This document shows, one piece after another, positions 37,044 through 47,800 of a stretch of 64,000 nucleotides of DNA. The stretch comes from Promethearchaeota archaeon. Lineage in GTDB: Archaea > Asgardarchaeota > Thorarchaeia > Thorarchaeales > Thorarchaeaceae. The notes below the pieces were generated by a model, which made no database searches, was not told the origin of the DNA, and worked only from the letters and a program-made list of their open reading frames with translations. The stretch is taken from the NCBI GenBank assembly GCA_048939765.1, contig JBHLPF010000001.1, positions 32,001 through 96,000 on the forward strand, read 5' to 3'. Numbering within the stretch: the first letter of the stretch is position 1; every line of letters begins with the position of its first letter. A program made the translations under genes and the position numbers.

Positions 37044-38770
37044 TCTGTAGATGAGGGAGATGTTGGTCCAGGAGGATTGGGGTTCCCAATGATTATCACA
37101 ATACTAGTTCTCATCCAGATGGCCACGGGTTGTGAGATATTTGCTTCTTCGCACCAAGGGCTGCTTATGTAAAAATGAAGAATGTGTAATCCGGGATAGA
37201 TATTGAGTAGGAAGGGGACTTCTATTGATGATTTGACGTCTGCATTGTTGATTGTGAAAAAAGGTGTAAGCGCTGAATCAGCATAGATTCTCAAATCAAT
37301 GAGCCCAACAATTTGACCGTTGTCATCTGTAGCATTGATATCTATCTGAGTAGTTTCCCCATAATAGACAAGACCAAGCTCTACATCAACATCAATGACT
37401 CCATGAATATTGATTTCCAAGTCAATTGAATCCTGAACACTGTACGCGCTTTCAAGCATTTCAATGGACATTATATGAGGGCCCAGTGATGTATTACTGC
37501 TGATAGGGAATGTTATCTCCGCTTGACTGTTTGCAGTGACTGATATGGTAGCATTGATTTCTCCAATTGAATCAAAGATTTCTATTGGGATAAGCTGGTC
37601 TTGTAGTGATGTGGAATTAATGCTTACAGTCAAGGTGACGTTGTTTCCTCGCGCGGTAGACCAAGTAGCATTTGTGGTTGAAAGATAGACAACATAAGGT
37701 GTAACGTCAATTATGACCGATTCAGATTCGTTTCGATAGAGAGGATTAACTGCTGTAAGATTCACAGAATAGAAACCTGGTTCCACAGTGATCGGTATTG
37801 ATGCACTGTAGAGTCCGTTGCCAAGTTTGTTCATCGTACCCGAAGAAAATGTCGTGGTCCACAGAATCGAACTATCAGAAATCGGCTGACTGTCTTGTGT
37901 CTTCTGTTCTACCACTATGTCAGCTGATTCGGTTTGACTGCCATCTGGTGTTTGACAATGAATTGATGGCGGTGTAGACAAGATTGTCAGATTGGAAACG
38001 GCCCTTGTTACCACAAGTGGAAAAGAATTTGAGAAGGGAAGGAAGCTTTCCGTTCCATTGCCCGCTATCGTGACTGTGTAATCTCCAGGCGGACCAGTAG
38101 TGTCAGTCCAGTTAATCCTTAGTTCTCCGTCTGAGGAAGTTGTCGTATCAATTTGCAGTATTGAATCAGATGTGGAATTGAGAAGTGTGACTGTCACAGG
38201 GCTGTTTCTATATGGAATGGATTGGTTGAGTGCACTTGCAACTTTGAAGTCTAGGGTGGAATTTGTGTTGAATTCAATGTTCAACGGTGATAGTGGAAGA
38301 ACATTAAGATGGCCCCTTGTTATATTCACAACAACAGTATCTCCCTCGCCCTGTGAGTAGGAATCATAGATCTCCACGTTGAAAATCACAAAGGCTTGAG
38401 CACCATTTACTCCTGGTGAGGTGTCTTCTGGGAGGATAGTGTAGGATGAGTTGAAATGTCTTACATCAGTTGAGGGTGGGACGTAATAGAGGTCTGAGAA
38501 TGCAGGCCCTTGATCGGTCACTACCGCAAAGGACACGTAACACCACCCATCTCCACTGAAATCAGCAATTAGCTCAGCAACCATGTTCATTGTTTCGCCG
38601 ACCTCATACACTAGCTTGTCAGTTTCGAAGTAGTGGAATTCGAAGTAGAACGCAGAAACAGGTGCGACAAGACCGAATACAATACATGTGGAAACAATGA
38701 CTGATGCTAGTGTCCTTTGGCTCAAGAAACCCACCAAAACCCGGTCAGTATGTTGCCTAAAAAACAGCAC
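36722..38770 (-). CDS. Secreted Ig-like/beta-rich surface protein; 3' end overlaps korA antisense
   Basis: Signal-like VIVSTCIVFGLVAPVSA; many N-x-S/T sequons; TTSSDG and PGxYxV Ig-type motifs; P/S/T linker. Confidence 0.75.
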   Translation of the reverse strand: MLFFRQHTDRVLVGFLSQRTLASVIVSTCIVFGLVAPVSAFYFEFHYFETDKLVYEVGETMNMVAELIADFSGDGWCYVSFAVVTDQGPAFSDLYYVPPSTDVRHFNSSYTILPEDTSPGVNGAQAFVIFNVEIYDSYSQGEGDTVVVNITRGHLNVLPLSPLNIEFNTNSTLDFKVASALNQSIPYRNSPVTVTLLNSTSDSILQIDTTTSSDGELRINWTDTTGPPGDYTVTIAGNGTESFLPFSNSFPLVVTRAVSNLTILSTPPSIHCQTPDGSQTESADIVVEQKTQDSQPISDSSILWTTTFSSGTMNKLGNGLYSASIPITVEPGFYSVNLTAVNPLYRNESESVIIDVTPYVVYLSTTNATWSTARGNNVTLTVSINSTSLQDQLIPIEIFDSIGEINATISVTANSQAEITFPISSNTSLGPHIMSIEMLESAYSVQDSIDLEINIHGVIDVDVELGLVYYGETTQIDINATDDNGQIVGLIDLRIYADSALTPFFTINNADVKSSIEVPFLLNIYPGLHILHFYISSPWCEEANISQPVAIWMRTSIVIIIGNPNPPGPTSPSSTDYDSDLILSTISSGSIINPPPILVSETMSTESLTTLETSLKSCPRLSSGTSNRSTDLANSLISESGNGHAVLNRSDLRGGTPELLAINSSTDLDVHPYDIIPHSADS

Positions 38771-38838
38771 ACGAATAGAACGACAACTTTAATTCCAGAC
38801 TGACTGCCAACCAAGCGCTGAAGAGAGAGCGTGAGAAT

Positions 38839-39204
38839 ATGGTAGTCAGGCTAAAGAATGCCACAGTTGACTCAATTGAAGACACTGAAACAAAGAGACT
38901 GAAAGTTGTCAGGATGATTGCCAAAGAGGAAGGAGCACGTATTTCATTGGAGCTTCCTGAAGCCCTGTCTGGTACAATAAAGCCAAGGGATGAAGTCACT
39001 GTTATATTTGATTCCAAACCAATCGCACGAGGAAACAATGCTAAGCTATATGCAGAAGGCAAAGTGTTTCGAATAAGGAACGAGAATGGGATTGAGGTCA
39101 CTGGCACCATAGGAGGGCTTAGAATGACTCTTGACCTCAGTAATCCTACAGCTGCTCAACGAAAGACATTTGATCAAAAAAGATTCTTGATGGCTATAAT
39201 CTGA
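38839..39204 (+). CDS. rpo8: RNA polymerase subunit Rpo8 (RpoG, Rpb8 homologue)
   Basis: OB-fold size; YAEGKVF..TIGGLRMTL matches the Rpb8 GKVY..SFGGLLMRL pattern. Confidence 0.7.
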   Translation: MVVRLKNATVDSIEDTETKRLKVVRMIAKEEGARISLELPEALSGTIKPRDEVTVIFDSKPIARGNNAKLYAEGKVFRIRNENGIEVTGTIGGLRMTLDLSNPTAAQRKTFDQKRFLMAII

Positions 39205-39383
39205 GAAGGTCTTAGAGAATTCATCTATACAGAATAGTTTCGGGCATCTCTCTTTCTGTCAGTCCGGACTGCTGACATCCTCTATAAAGTACTGAGAATT
39301 TGCTCTGTAGTACAGTATGTTCTAAAGAACGAACTGAATCCCTCCTGAAATCTAGTTAGGACCCGGGCCCATGCGTTATATGG

Positions 39384-40421
39384 GTGTGGTCTTTGATTGA
39401 TGAAACATTCGAGGCTATTCAAAACTCGTCTTGGTCTTGCCCCGACTGTTCCGGTCTGATAACGGCAAACCAGGGCTATATAGTATGTGTAGAATGCGGT
39501 CTAGTAATCTCTAGAGAATACGTGTCACCTACCTACCAGATGGGTGAAAAGGTATCTGACAGTGCACCTGATGCAAGTGTATACGTATCTCTTGGCAATC
39601 GTATGCATATTGTTGACGGGTTGGGGAGCTATATTGGCTTCCATAAGGACAGATATTTCCAGGATGCACAAGGTCAGACTCTTACAGCACGATCGCAGAA
39701 GAAATTCAAGCGGCTTAAGATGATATACAGCACACGAATACGGATTGGCCGAAACGAGGCAAAGTATAGAGCCCTCAGAACTCTCAACCATGTTTCTAAG
39801 CTACTTATGCTAAATGAACAGGTCCGTGATCGTACTGCCTATCTATACAAGAAGATATCCTCTGAGTCTTCAGAAAAGATTAACAACAATATCCTGCTCA
39901 TAGCTGTATGCCTTCTGATGGCTGTTAGAGAGTTCAAGGACGGAGCACCAATCACCTTGGATGAGATAGCCAATACATTCGAGAAATGTGGTCATCGTGT
40001 TAACGTCAGGGCTATTGTTAGAGAGGCATTGAAACTCAAATCGCTGACAGGTGTTGCCCCCGAAATTCGTCGTCCAGATGACTATGTGCCAAGGGTCTTG
40101 TCCATGTTGATGAACAGTGAAAAGGTGCTCAGAAAAGTGATAGCTCGTGGATGGGAGCCAAAGAAGTATGAGAATGCTCTCAGAGATAAAATCCTTGAAG
40201 TTCTAGAAATGATACCGGCTTCAAAGAGAGGAGGAAGGAACCCCTTCATATTCACTGTTTCTGCTGCCTACGCAAGCGATCGTCTAGTTGCAGATGAGCA
40301 TGGAAGGCGTTCTGTACTTACTCAGAAGCTTGCCTCAGAAGCGACTGAGGTGGCTGAGTACAGCATTCGGGACCATTTCGGAATGATGAAGAAAGTGCTT
40401 GCAGTGGTTTCTCTAACCTAG
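39384..40421 (+). CDS. Divergent TFB/TFIIB-family protein
   Basis: CPDC..VCVECGLV zinc ribbon, GLGSYI, two cyclin-like repeats, LTQKLASEA..EYSIR. Confidence 0.8.
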   Translation: MWSLIDETFEAIQNSSWSCPDCSGLITANQGYIVCVECGLVISREYVSPTYQMGEKVSDSAPDASVYVSLGNRMHIVDGLGSYIGFHKDRYFQDAQGQTLTARSQKKFKRLKMIYSTRIRIGRNEAKYRALRTLNHVSKLLMLNEQVRDRTAYLYKKISSESSEKINNNILLIAVCLLMAVREFKDGAPITLDEIANTFEKCGHRVNVRAIVREALKLKSLTGVAPEIRRPDDYVPRVLSMLMNSEKVLRKVIARGWEPKKYENALRDKILEVLEMIPASKRGGRNPFIFTVSAAYASDRLVADEHGRRSVLTQKLASEATEVAEYSIRDHFGMMKKVLAVVSLT

Positions 40422-40471
40422 ATGACAATGTGATGCCGATTTGAATTACACTCCCAAAGGCGAGGATATGA

Positions 40472-42166
40472 ATGGAGGAAGATAGGCTGGAATTGATCAG
40501 ATGTCCAGACACAAGATGCAAGGATTGCTCTGAGATGACCGCGTCAGAATGCACCAGAATCTCTATGCTATTCGAAGAAGGGAATAGAAAGAAGGTGCTA
40601 ATTCTGGAAGATTCGAGAAGGCTTCTTCATCTGGGTGGACTGACTGATCCAATCCCAACAAGTCCTCCTTGGAGAGGTGATGGATGGGAATCGGTCTATA
40701 TAGGTGATTGCGAGTTTCCAGACAGTGATTGGCTTCCAGTAGATGCCTACTTGGTAGGACCATATCTTTCATTCTACTTCTCAAGAACAGGCGGAATGGA
40801 GATATTTCATCGGTCGTATCCACTAGTGAAGACTTCGATCGAGTATGGACTCATGCAGGAACTGAATGAGTCTATTGGCAGTAATCTCCAGGAATCAATA
40901 GGAAGGTCCGATGTTTCCACTCGGCTTTTGCAGGTTGCTGACAGTGTTTGTAAGAAGCTCCTGAAATCTTTGCCCGAGATAAGCACTGCGACACGAGAGA
41001 GAATTTCTACGATTGTGGCAAACAAAACGACTGTGCTAGATACATTCCTTCCAATTCTATTGGATGATGATGTTGAAGAAGTGTACGTGGATTGTCCAGG
41101 AAAGCCAATCTATTTTGATCATCGTAGGCTAGGAAGATGTATCTCAAAATATGAGATTCATCACGAAGATGTCCCTCGTCTTACCACACTGTTACGTGCA
41201 GAGAGCAATCTCCATCTTGATAGAAGAAATCCTTCCTTGAAGACTGATTTGAATCTCTTTGATACCAATCTGCGAGTATCTGCCAGCCTACCGCCGCTAA
41301 GCCCTGATGGATTGCACATGGAAATTCGGCGGGCGAGGAGGAATGCTTTCACCATTTTGGACCTAATTTGGAATGGAACACTGCCTATTGAAGCGGCGGC
41401 AGCGCTTCTTCTGGCACTTGGGTGCAGATTCAACATAACGATAACCGGAGGTCCCGGGACCGGCAAGACTACTCTATTGAATGCACTTGACGCGGATAGT
41501 CCAAAAACCTGGAGAAAAATCTACATAGAAGATGCAGTAGAAAGCAGAGATCTTCGCGGTCACAACCAAGTTCGTTTCAAAGTCGACCCAGTTGATGAAG
41601 TAGATGGGCATTTTGATAAATCGTTAGAAATCGTCAAGACCCTCCATAGGTCACCAGACTATCTTGTGCTTGGTGAGATTCAAACTGCAGAACATAGCCA
41701 AGCGCTTTTCCAAGCTATTGCAGCTGGTCTTCGTGCAATACAAACCTGTCATAGCTCCTCAGCAGCCAGTCTTGTGTCACGTTGGATCACTGGACATAAT
41801 ATCGACAAATCCAGTATCGCCATGATGGATTTGATTGTGACAATGGTACGACCAGTACCCGGAGAGTCGATTAGGAGAGTCAGTGAGATTGTTGAAGTGC
41901 AACGAGAGGTTTCAGAAGGTGTACTCAAATTCGTAGGACTCAGTACTGTCTACAATTGTAATTCATCCCAAGATTTGCATTGGGCAACGGACGGCGCGTA
42001 TCTTTCTTATGCACGGGCAGCTGGACATGAAAGCCACATCCAAGCATACGACAGAATAATTGATCACCTATCCAAGAGATTACGAACAGCAGACAGGAGC
42101 AATGGTCGAACATTGGGAAAAGATGTCTGGACTGAAGGACTGCCATTGTGGTTTGCACACATCTGA
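40472..42166 (+). CDS. Type II/IV secretion ATPase (VirB11/CpaF/FlaI family)
   Basis: LLDDDVEEV, GGPGTGKTT, IEDAVE, LHRSPDYLVLGEI, QTCH. Confidence 0.88.
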   Translation: MEEDRLELIRCPDTRCKDCSEMTASECTRISMLFEEGNRKKVLILEDSRRLLHLGGLTDPIPTSPPWRGDGWESVYIGDCEFPDSDWLPVDAYLVGPYLSFYFSRTGGMEIFHRSYPLVKTSIEYGLMQELNESIGSNLQESIGRSDVSTRLLQVADSVCKKLLKSLPEISTATRERISTIVANKTTVLDTFLPILLDDDVEEVYVDCPGKPIYFDHRRLGRCISKYEIHHEDVPRLTTLLRAESNLHLDRRNPSLKTDLNLFDTNLRVSASLPPLSPDGLHMEIRRARRNAFTILDLIWNGTLPIEAAAALLLALGCRFNITITGGPGTGKTTLLNALDADSPKTWRKIYIEDAVESRDLRGHNQVRFKVDPVDEVDGHFDKSLEIVKTLHRSPDYLVLGEIQTAEHSQALFQAIAAGLRAIQTCHSSSAASLVSRWITGHNIDKSSIAMMDLIVTMVRPVPGESIRRVSEIVEVQREVSEGVLKFVGLSTVYNCNSSQDLHWATDGAYLSYARAAGHESHIQAYDRIIDHLSKRLRTADRSNGRTLGKDVWTEGLPLWFAHI

Positions 42167-42241
42167 GGCTATCTTGTTTCGTTTCTGTCTTTGAGGGTAG
42201 TTAAAATACCATTCCATGGACAGGTAATCAGGTGGAATTCT

Positions 42242-42436
42242 ATGTACGACCCGATAAGGGATGAAAAGGGCGGTCCGCTGGTTGAGGAGAGTCTCCTGCT
42301 TGGTATTGCAGTAGTCACCGTATCGATAGTCATTGCTGTGATACTTCAGGCAACAGGTTGGGCACAAGACGTTGTGGCAGGACTCTTTCAGATTCTTGAA
42401 GACAGCTGGAGTAGCTTCACAAGTCTATTTCCATGA
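42242..42436 (+). CDS. Flp/type IV-like pilin with class III signal
   Basis: 64 aa; RDEKG|GPLVEE followed by a hydrophobic helix, Glu at +5; just downstream of the ATPase. Confidence 0.65.
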   Translation: MYDPIRDEKGGPLVEESLLLGIAVVTVSIVIAVILQATGWAQDVVAGLFQILEDSWSSFTSLFP

Positions 42437-42533
42437 TAAGTGAAACACTGCTGATGTGATTTTGGTCACGATTTGGGGAAAGCCTTATTTGTAGTCTAGA
42501 GTGAGCACACCCGCTCCGGACTGGTGCGCCTTA

Positions 42534-42641
42534 GCTCCGGTAGATGATTCATGAAATCCATGATACAACCGTATGTAGTCCGGCCCAGCATGAGGGACTC
42601 TCGATCCCTCGACCCGGGTTCGAATCCCGGCCGGAGCACCA
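42534..42641 (+). tRNA. tRNA-Glu(CTC) with 30-nt intron at 10/11 (42544-42573); CCA encoded
   Basis: GCTCCGG/CCGGAGC-A-CCA; D stem GTGT/GCAT restored only after removing the insert; AGGGA-CT-CTC-GA-TCCCT; BHB core CGGT/ACCG. Confidence 0.85.
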
Positions 42642-42647
42642 ATTCTA

Positions 42648-44612
42648 CTATCTTCCTATTAGACGCCGCCGCCACAGAACTGGTATGCTAGCAAGCATGA
42701 CTGATACACCAAGACTGATCAAAATGAAAGGAATTCCTACGCCTTGGGCAGCCATTGCTTCTGTGCTAGAAATGATAAGGACATGGTAGCCAGTAGAAGA
42801 TTGTGTGAACGCGGCTTCCTCTGTTTCATAATAGAGGTTATAGACGCCTGATTCCGTAGGAATGCGAAGAGCAATCTCAACGATACCCGAATCGTGACTC
42901 TTAGTAAGACTCCGTTGACCTAACCACTCATAGTGCAGATTCACATCTTCTAGAGGGGTGCCATTCAACGCTATGATGGACAATTGAACTGTAATTTCTT
43001 GAAGAGATGGATAGACGGAGTAATTCACCATATTCACAGATACTGGAACGACTCTGCTGACAATGATTTCATATTCTAGGACTACGGGCAGTTCGTAGTT
43101 CAATGTGCTACCGTTATAGCCTATGACTAACAGATAGGGACCTTCTACTGAAGAAATGGGGAATTTCGCTTCGGTAACACCCTCACTATTGGTAGTAGAG
43201 GTGGTCACCAAGTGGTTTCCAATTTGCCAGGCAATTGATCGTTCTGGTATATAGATTCCACCGGCATTTAGCTGAATTTGGAATGTCACAACTTGAGAAG
43301 GGGATGCATAGCCCAGTATGCTTTGATAAATCATGATGATATTCGGCTGCGACCAGACTATCACTGGGATTATTCTAGTCTTATTTATCAAGAATGAATG
43401 CGAAACTTCGAAGTGTAGATTTCTAGGCCCAAGGGGACCATGGAACGTAATGTGCGACATAGTTTTGATTTGTCCAAAGGAGAATGAAATCAAACGTGAC
43501 TCGTTGGTGAGTTCATCGTACAATATTATAGTGGCATTGGGAATCGGTCTCATTAAGAGATCATAGAGTGTCACTTGGACTTCACTTTCTACTCCTACTG
43601 AGATTGGATCTGGCAACTCAATGTAAATTGCTGCGGGGCTTATTACAGATATGTCAAATTCGATGTATGATGGTGCATAACGGAATGTCCCCGAATATTC
43701 TATCCTAATGCTGTGTATCCCAAGTATATACCGTGAATCAATATCCAGGCTGAACCTGGCAACACCATTCATGTCGCTCACGATAGCATCTATTGGGTTT
43801 TCATCAAGAAACACAACAAGTGATGCGTCAGAGTGATTCTGACCCTCAGCTTGAATTGTCATCTGCACCCAGAATGAATCATTCAAATGAACGGTAGAGT
43901 TGTAGGAATCTTCTAGTTCAATAGATGTTGCTATTTGTTGAATGTTCACAGATATCAAACTCTGTGAACTGTTTAGAAATCGTGCCATATCCTGTTCGAA
44001 AACTATTCTCAACGTATTCTGTCCAGTTATGCACCATGTGCCATTGCAATCTATAATGAAAGTTGCATAGCCGCTGGCATTCGTTGGAGCAACTGCTAGG
44101 AGTGTGTCTTCACTATAAACAGCCATAGTGACCCCACTAATTGATGCATTATGGTCATCAGTGATTTTGGCAATGAGAGCAGTTTCATCCTCTGGATGAA
44201 TAGAGTTCTCGTCGACCTGAACCTCTATGACAGTCGCAGAAACCACAATGACAGAAGACCATTGGCAGGAAGAAGATAAGGAAAGCGAGGTGTTTCCCTC
44301 AAATGTTACGTTTAGCATGGATGGCCCTAAGGGATGATTAATCGAAACGTTCCAAGACACTGTTGCATAGCCATTTGTGTCTGTCAAGGCAGACCCAATG
44401 AGGACGTCTTGGGTCTGATCGTAGAAGAAAAGACGCTGATTAGCAACCGGATTTCCGTAAGTGCCGTTTTGAAGGAGTCTTGCAGTAATAGGCAATGAAT
44501 CTCCACGTACCACAACAGGGATTTCCTCTGCCGATGCTACATCTGCAGTCAAACTAGATACCAAGACCAGTGCCGCCGATATCATTACTATTCCTATGCA
44601 GACTCGCTTCAA
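42648..44612 (-). CDS. Membrane-anchored Ig-like repeat surface protein
   Basis: Signal peptide; repeated T(D/N)xxGxA motifs; C-terminal TM helix with WRRR tail. Confidence 0.8.
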   Translation of the reverse strand: MKRVCIGIVMISAALVLVSSLTADVASAEEIPVVVRGDSLPITARLLQNGTYGNPVANQRLFFYDQTQDVLIGSALTDTNGYATVSWNVSINHPLGPSMLNVTFEGNTSLSLSSSCQWSSVIVVSATVIEVQVDENSIHPEDETALIAKITDDHNASISGVTMAVYSEDTLLAVAPTNASGYATFIIDCNGTWCITGQNTLRIVFEQDMARFLNSSQSLISVNIQQIATSIELEDSYNSTVHLNDSFWVQMTIQAEGQNHSDASLVVFLDENPIDAIVSDMNGVARFSLDIDSRYILGIHSIRIEYSGTFRYAPSYIEFDISVISPAAIYIELPDPISVGVESEVQVTLYDLLMRPIPNATIILYDELTNESRLISFSFGQIKTMSHITFHGPLGPRNLHFEVSHSFLINKTRIIPVIVWSQPNIIMIYQSILGYASPSQVVTFQIQLNAGGIYIPERSIAWQIGNHLVTTSTTNSEGVTEAKFPISSVEGPYLLVIGYNGSTLNYELPVVLEYEIIVSRVVPVSVNMVNYSVYPSLQEITVQLSIIALNGTPLEDVNLHYEWLGQRSLTKSHDSGIVEIALRIPTESGVYNLYYETEEAAFTQSSTGYHVLIISSTEAMAAQGVGIPFILISLGVSVMLASIPVLWRRRLIGR

Positions 44613-44833
44613 ACATAGTCACTCCGTTTCTTGTGATAGTAGATTGCAACTATGCAAAAGACTCATGCATTGTGCGTTCTGAGTTCTCTCATGAGTCTGT
44701 ATTCGAGTTTTTAATCTCCTATCGAACCATCAGATTCTGGGGGAGTTCATATGTAATTGTGAATCACCAAGGGTAGACTGTAAATTCGTAAGAGGCATTC
44801 ACAGTGCTCTAGCTCCGGACGGGTGATAACACA

Positions 44834-47800
44834 GTGTCCAGCCATGAATTAAGCAAGGGAGACCGATTTAGAGTACCATCTAGGAAGGATCTTCCAGGGC
44901 TGTGGAAATGGATTGAGCTTGGATGGCTCACTAGCATTTCTATCTTGACTCTTTACTTCATAGTAGTCTACTTGCTCCCGTTACTGGGACTAATCACCCC
45001 AGTTTCAATCCCATCGAAACTGTTCATTGAAGTCATAATCTCCATAGGTCCGGTGTTGATGGGTGTGCTAGTGGCTCGCAGAAAGCTAGCCTTCGAGCAA
45101 TCATTGACTGCAGTTTTGGATGATGATTTAGTGGCAATGAACATTGGAAACCATATTGTGGCAACATGCTGCCTTGATATCATGTCTGCACCCGGCTCAG
45201 TCCATATTTCTCGGAATGATCGACCGGAATACGCTACTGCTTTCCTTTTAGCACTTCGCGCAGGAATGAATGAGAAGGTCAGTATGGCATATGAGGTGGG
45301 TGTATGGAGAGGTGAGGCTTTTCTGCGGATTTTCATAACTGGAATAGGCAAGAGTAAGGAAGAGGTTGGGAATATTCTTAGACATGAGGCGACTCGAGCA
45401 GAGGCTATTTTGATATCCTCCCTTAACAATGTGGAACTCCATCAGCTTAGAGGAGAAAGCCTCAGGGATGCGGTGTCAGGCATCCTATCTCTTGACTTGG
45501 AAGGTAACTCATCCAGAGAGCTGCATACCGTATTGTTGCTGATTAATGGAGAGCCGCGCGTCGCGCCCAGTCTGGAAAGCTCTCAGATTGGAACTTTCCT
45601 CTCTGTTTCACTTCGGCAAGGATACGATGTAAGTCTCACATGTGTCTTTTCGAAAGCTAAACCTGGTCGTGAACAGAGAAAACTGGAAGGGCAATGGAAA
45701 ACAATTCGGGAGAAAGAGAAACGGAACGAAGACTCCTTGGCAGACCATTCAGAGAAGAAGAAGCTGTTACGCGATTATGAGGAGATACAGGAGAATACTG
45801 GCTGGTTTGATTCCTCAGTTTCTCTTGCGGTAAGAACAGACGATTCTGAACATCTTTCAAGCATTCAGGAGGCGGTGTGCGGTGTTGTTCACTCCATATG
45901 GGGAGGAGATGGCAAAGTCAAGTTGAAACCTAAAGCTATAGGAAAGAATGTAGCTTACAGGCTTCTTCTTAGAAGACATATTACATCGCAAAGGACTCAC
46001 GTGAGTAGATTGGCTGCTTTCTTGAATACACCGGTCCAGCAGTTGCCTGTCATTGCTGCATCCCCTGTGCCCGCCTTCACAATTCCATCAAGAAAGTTGG
46101 TGAACAACGAGTTCGTCATTGGAAAGGCTGTTTTTGGCGGACGGCGAATAAATGATGTCGGTTTGAAACCCGAATGGCTCCGGGAGCATGTAGCTGTACT
46201 TGGAGCAACAGGCACAGGAAAGACTACTCTTGTGAAACACCTTATTGCCGAACTAAGTAAGAAGTCGAGTGTTCCATGGTGGATCTTTGATGTGAAAGGA
46301 TCTGAGTACCAAGAATTGGTGAACCTTTGTGACGATGATATCCTGGTATTGAAACCTGGAGTAGATCCATCGTTCGTAATTGATTTCATGGATCCAGAGA
46401 CTGATTCTGGCGAGAGACATGCACACACTACGTTTGCAATATTGAAAGAACTCCTAAACGAGAGAGGTGTTTCTTCAGAACTCTCGCCTGCAATGGAAAA
46501 GCTTCTTCGTGAAGCGGTGTTAGAGGTTGCGCATGCATCAAGTAATGACAACTCGATTCAAGCATTGATTCGTGAGATATCAGATCTTGCAGGAAAGGAT
46601 CGGACCGCTATCATGACGAGAGATGCACTCCTTAATCGTCTGGAGATTCTATCTAGAGAACCCCTCGGGACCATTCTGAGTGGTGGTCGAAACGCAGTAA
46701 GGATCTCAAATCTTATGGATAAGAGGGTGATTCTTGATCTGCAGTATGTTGCTAGGACGGGTGGAATGGATGCGGCACGTTTGTTATACAATCTCATAGC
46801 TAAACGCATCTTTGACTATGCATTACACAGAGGGATAAAGCCAGGTCTTCATCATTTAGTAGTCCTCGAAGAAGCCAGCAATCTTGTACCTGAAAGCTAT
46901 ACGAGGCATACAGCTGCAGATGTCACCACAGGAGAGTCCATGGTTATGCTCCAGCGGGCAACAGGACAAGGTGTAGTTGTAATATCAACTCGACCGAATG
47001 TTTCTTCGAATATTCTGGCAAACACAGCCACGAAAATTGCCTTTCGACTTCCGTATGATAGTCCCATTGGTGCCAGATTCATGTCCCTTGATGATGAACA
47101 AGAACGGTATCTCAAGACACTGAAGCGTGGAAGAGCGCTGATTGTCTTGCCAGGGACAGAACCGTTCGAGATAGCAACTCGACCATTTGAAATGGCCAGC
47201 ATTCTTGAGAGACCGCCTTTGGAGCCAAGTATTCATGATGAAAGAGAGATTCCAGAGTCTAAAGATGCATCTATAGAACATGATACAACAATTCAATCTG
47301 GAAGCTTTGACTCTTCTTCAAAGCCAATGGGAGCAGTGTATGACCGATTGGGAGAATTGGGGTCGCATATTGTTGCGTTTCTTGCCTCTCGGAATATGGC
47401 AACCCAAGCTGAAATGGAAGAGATTTTGACAGCAATCGATCCAAGAATGGAAAGTAGCGACATAAACGAGGTTATTCGTGACTTGGTTTCCTTGGGGACC
47501 ATTGAGAGAGAAGCTTTACCAATTGTGCCAGGCGACTTCATTTTTACTTTGCCGGGAAGAGGACTTGATGCAGTAAGCATGATGATAACTGACTATATCA
47601 TCGAGAAGCTTGGTTTGCATGATGTCACATGGGAACGAAATCTAGATGACAGGCCTGATATCGTTCTTGACGACAGGGCGATATTGATACTTCCTCAACA
47701 TCTCAAAGCATCATCAATGAAAACAACAGTGAACAAAATTCGGAATTATATGAATAATCTGGGTAATGATTTCATCGAATTGGTTGTTGTCGTCAGAGGG

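Noticed and set aside
42513-42540. GCTCCGG duplication read as an att site or an acceptor-stem intron
   Set aside because: Only 7 bp, no integrase nearby, and no BHB forms at the junctions I tested; interpreted as a leader instead.
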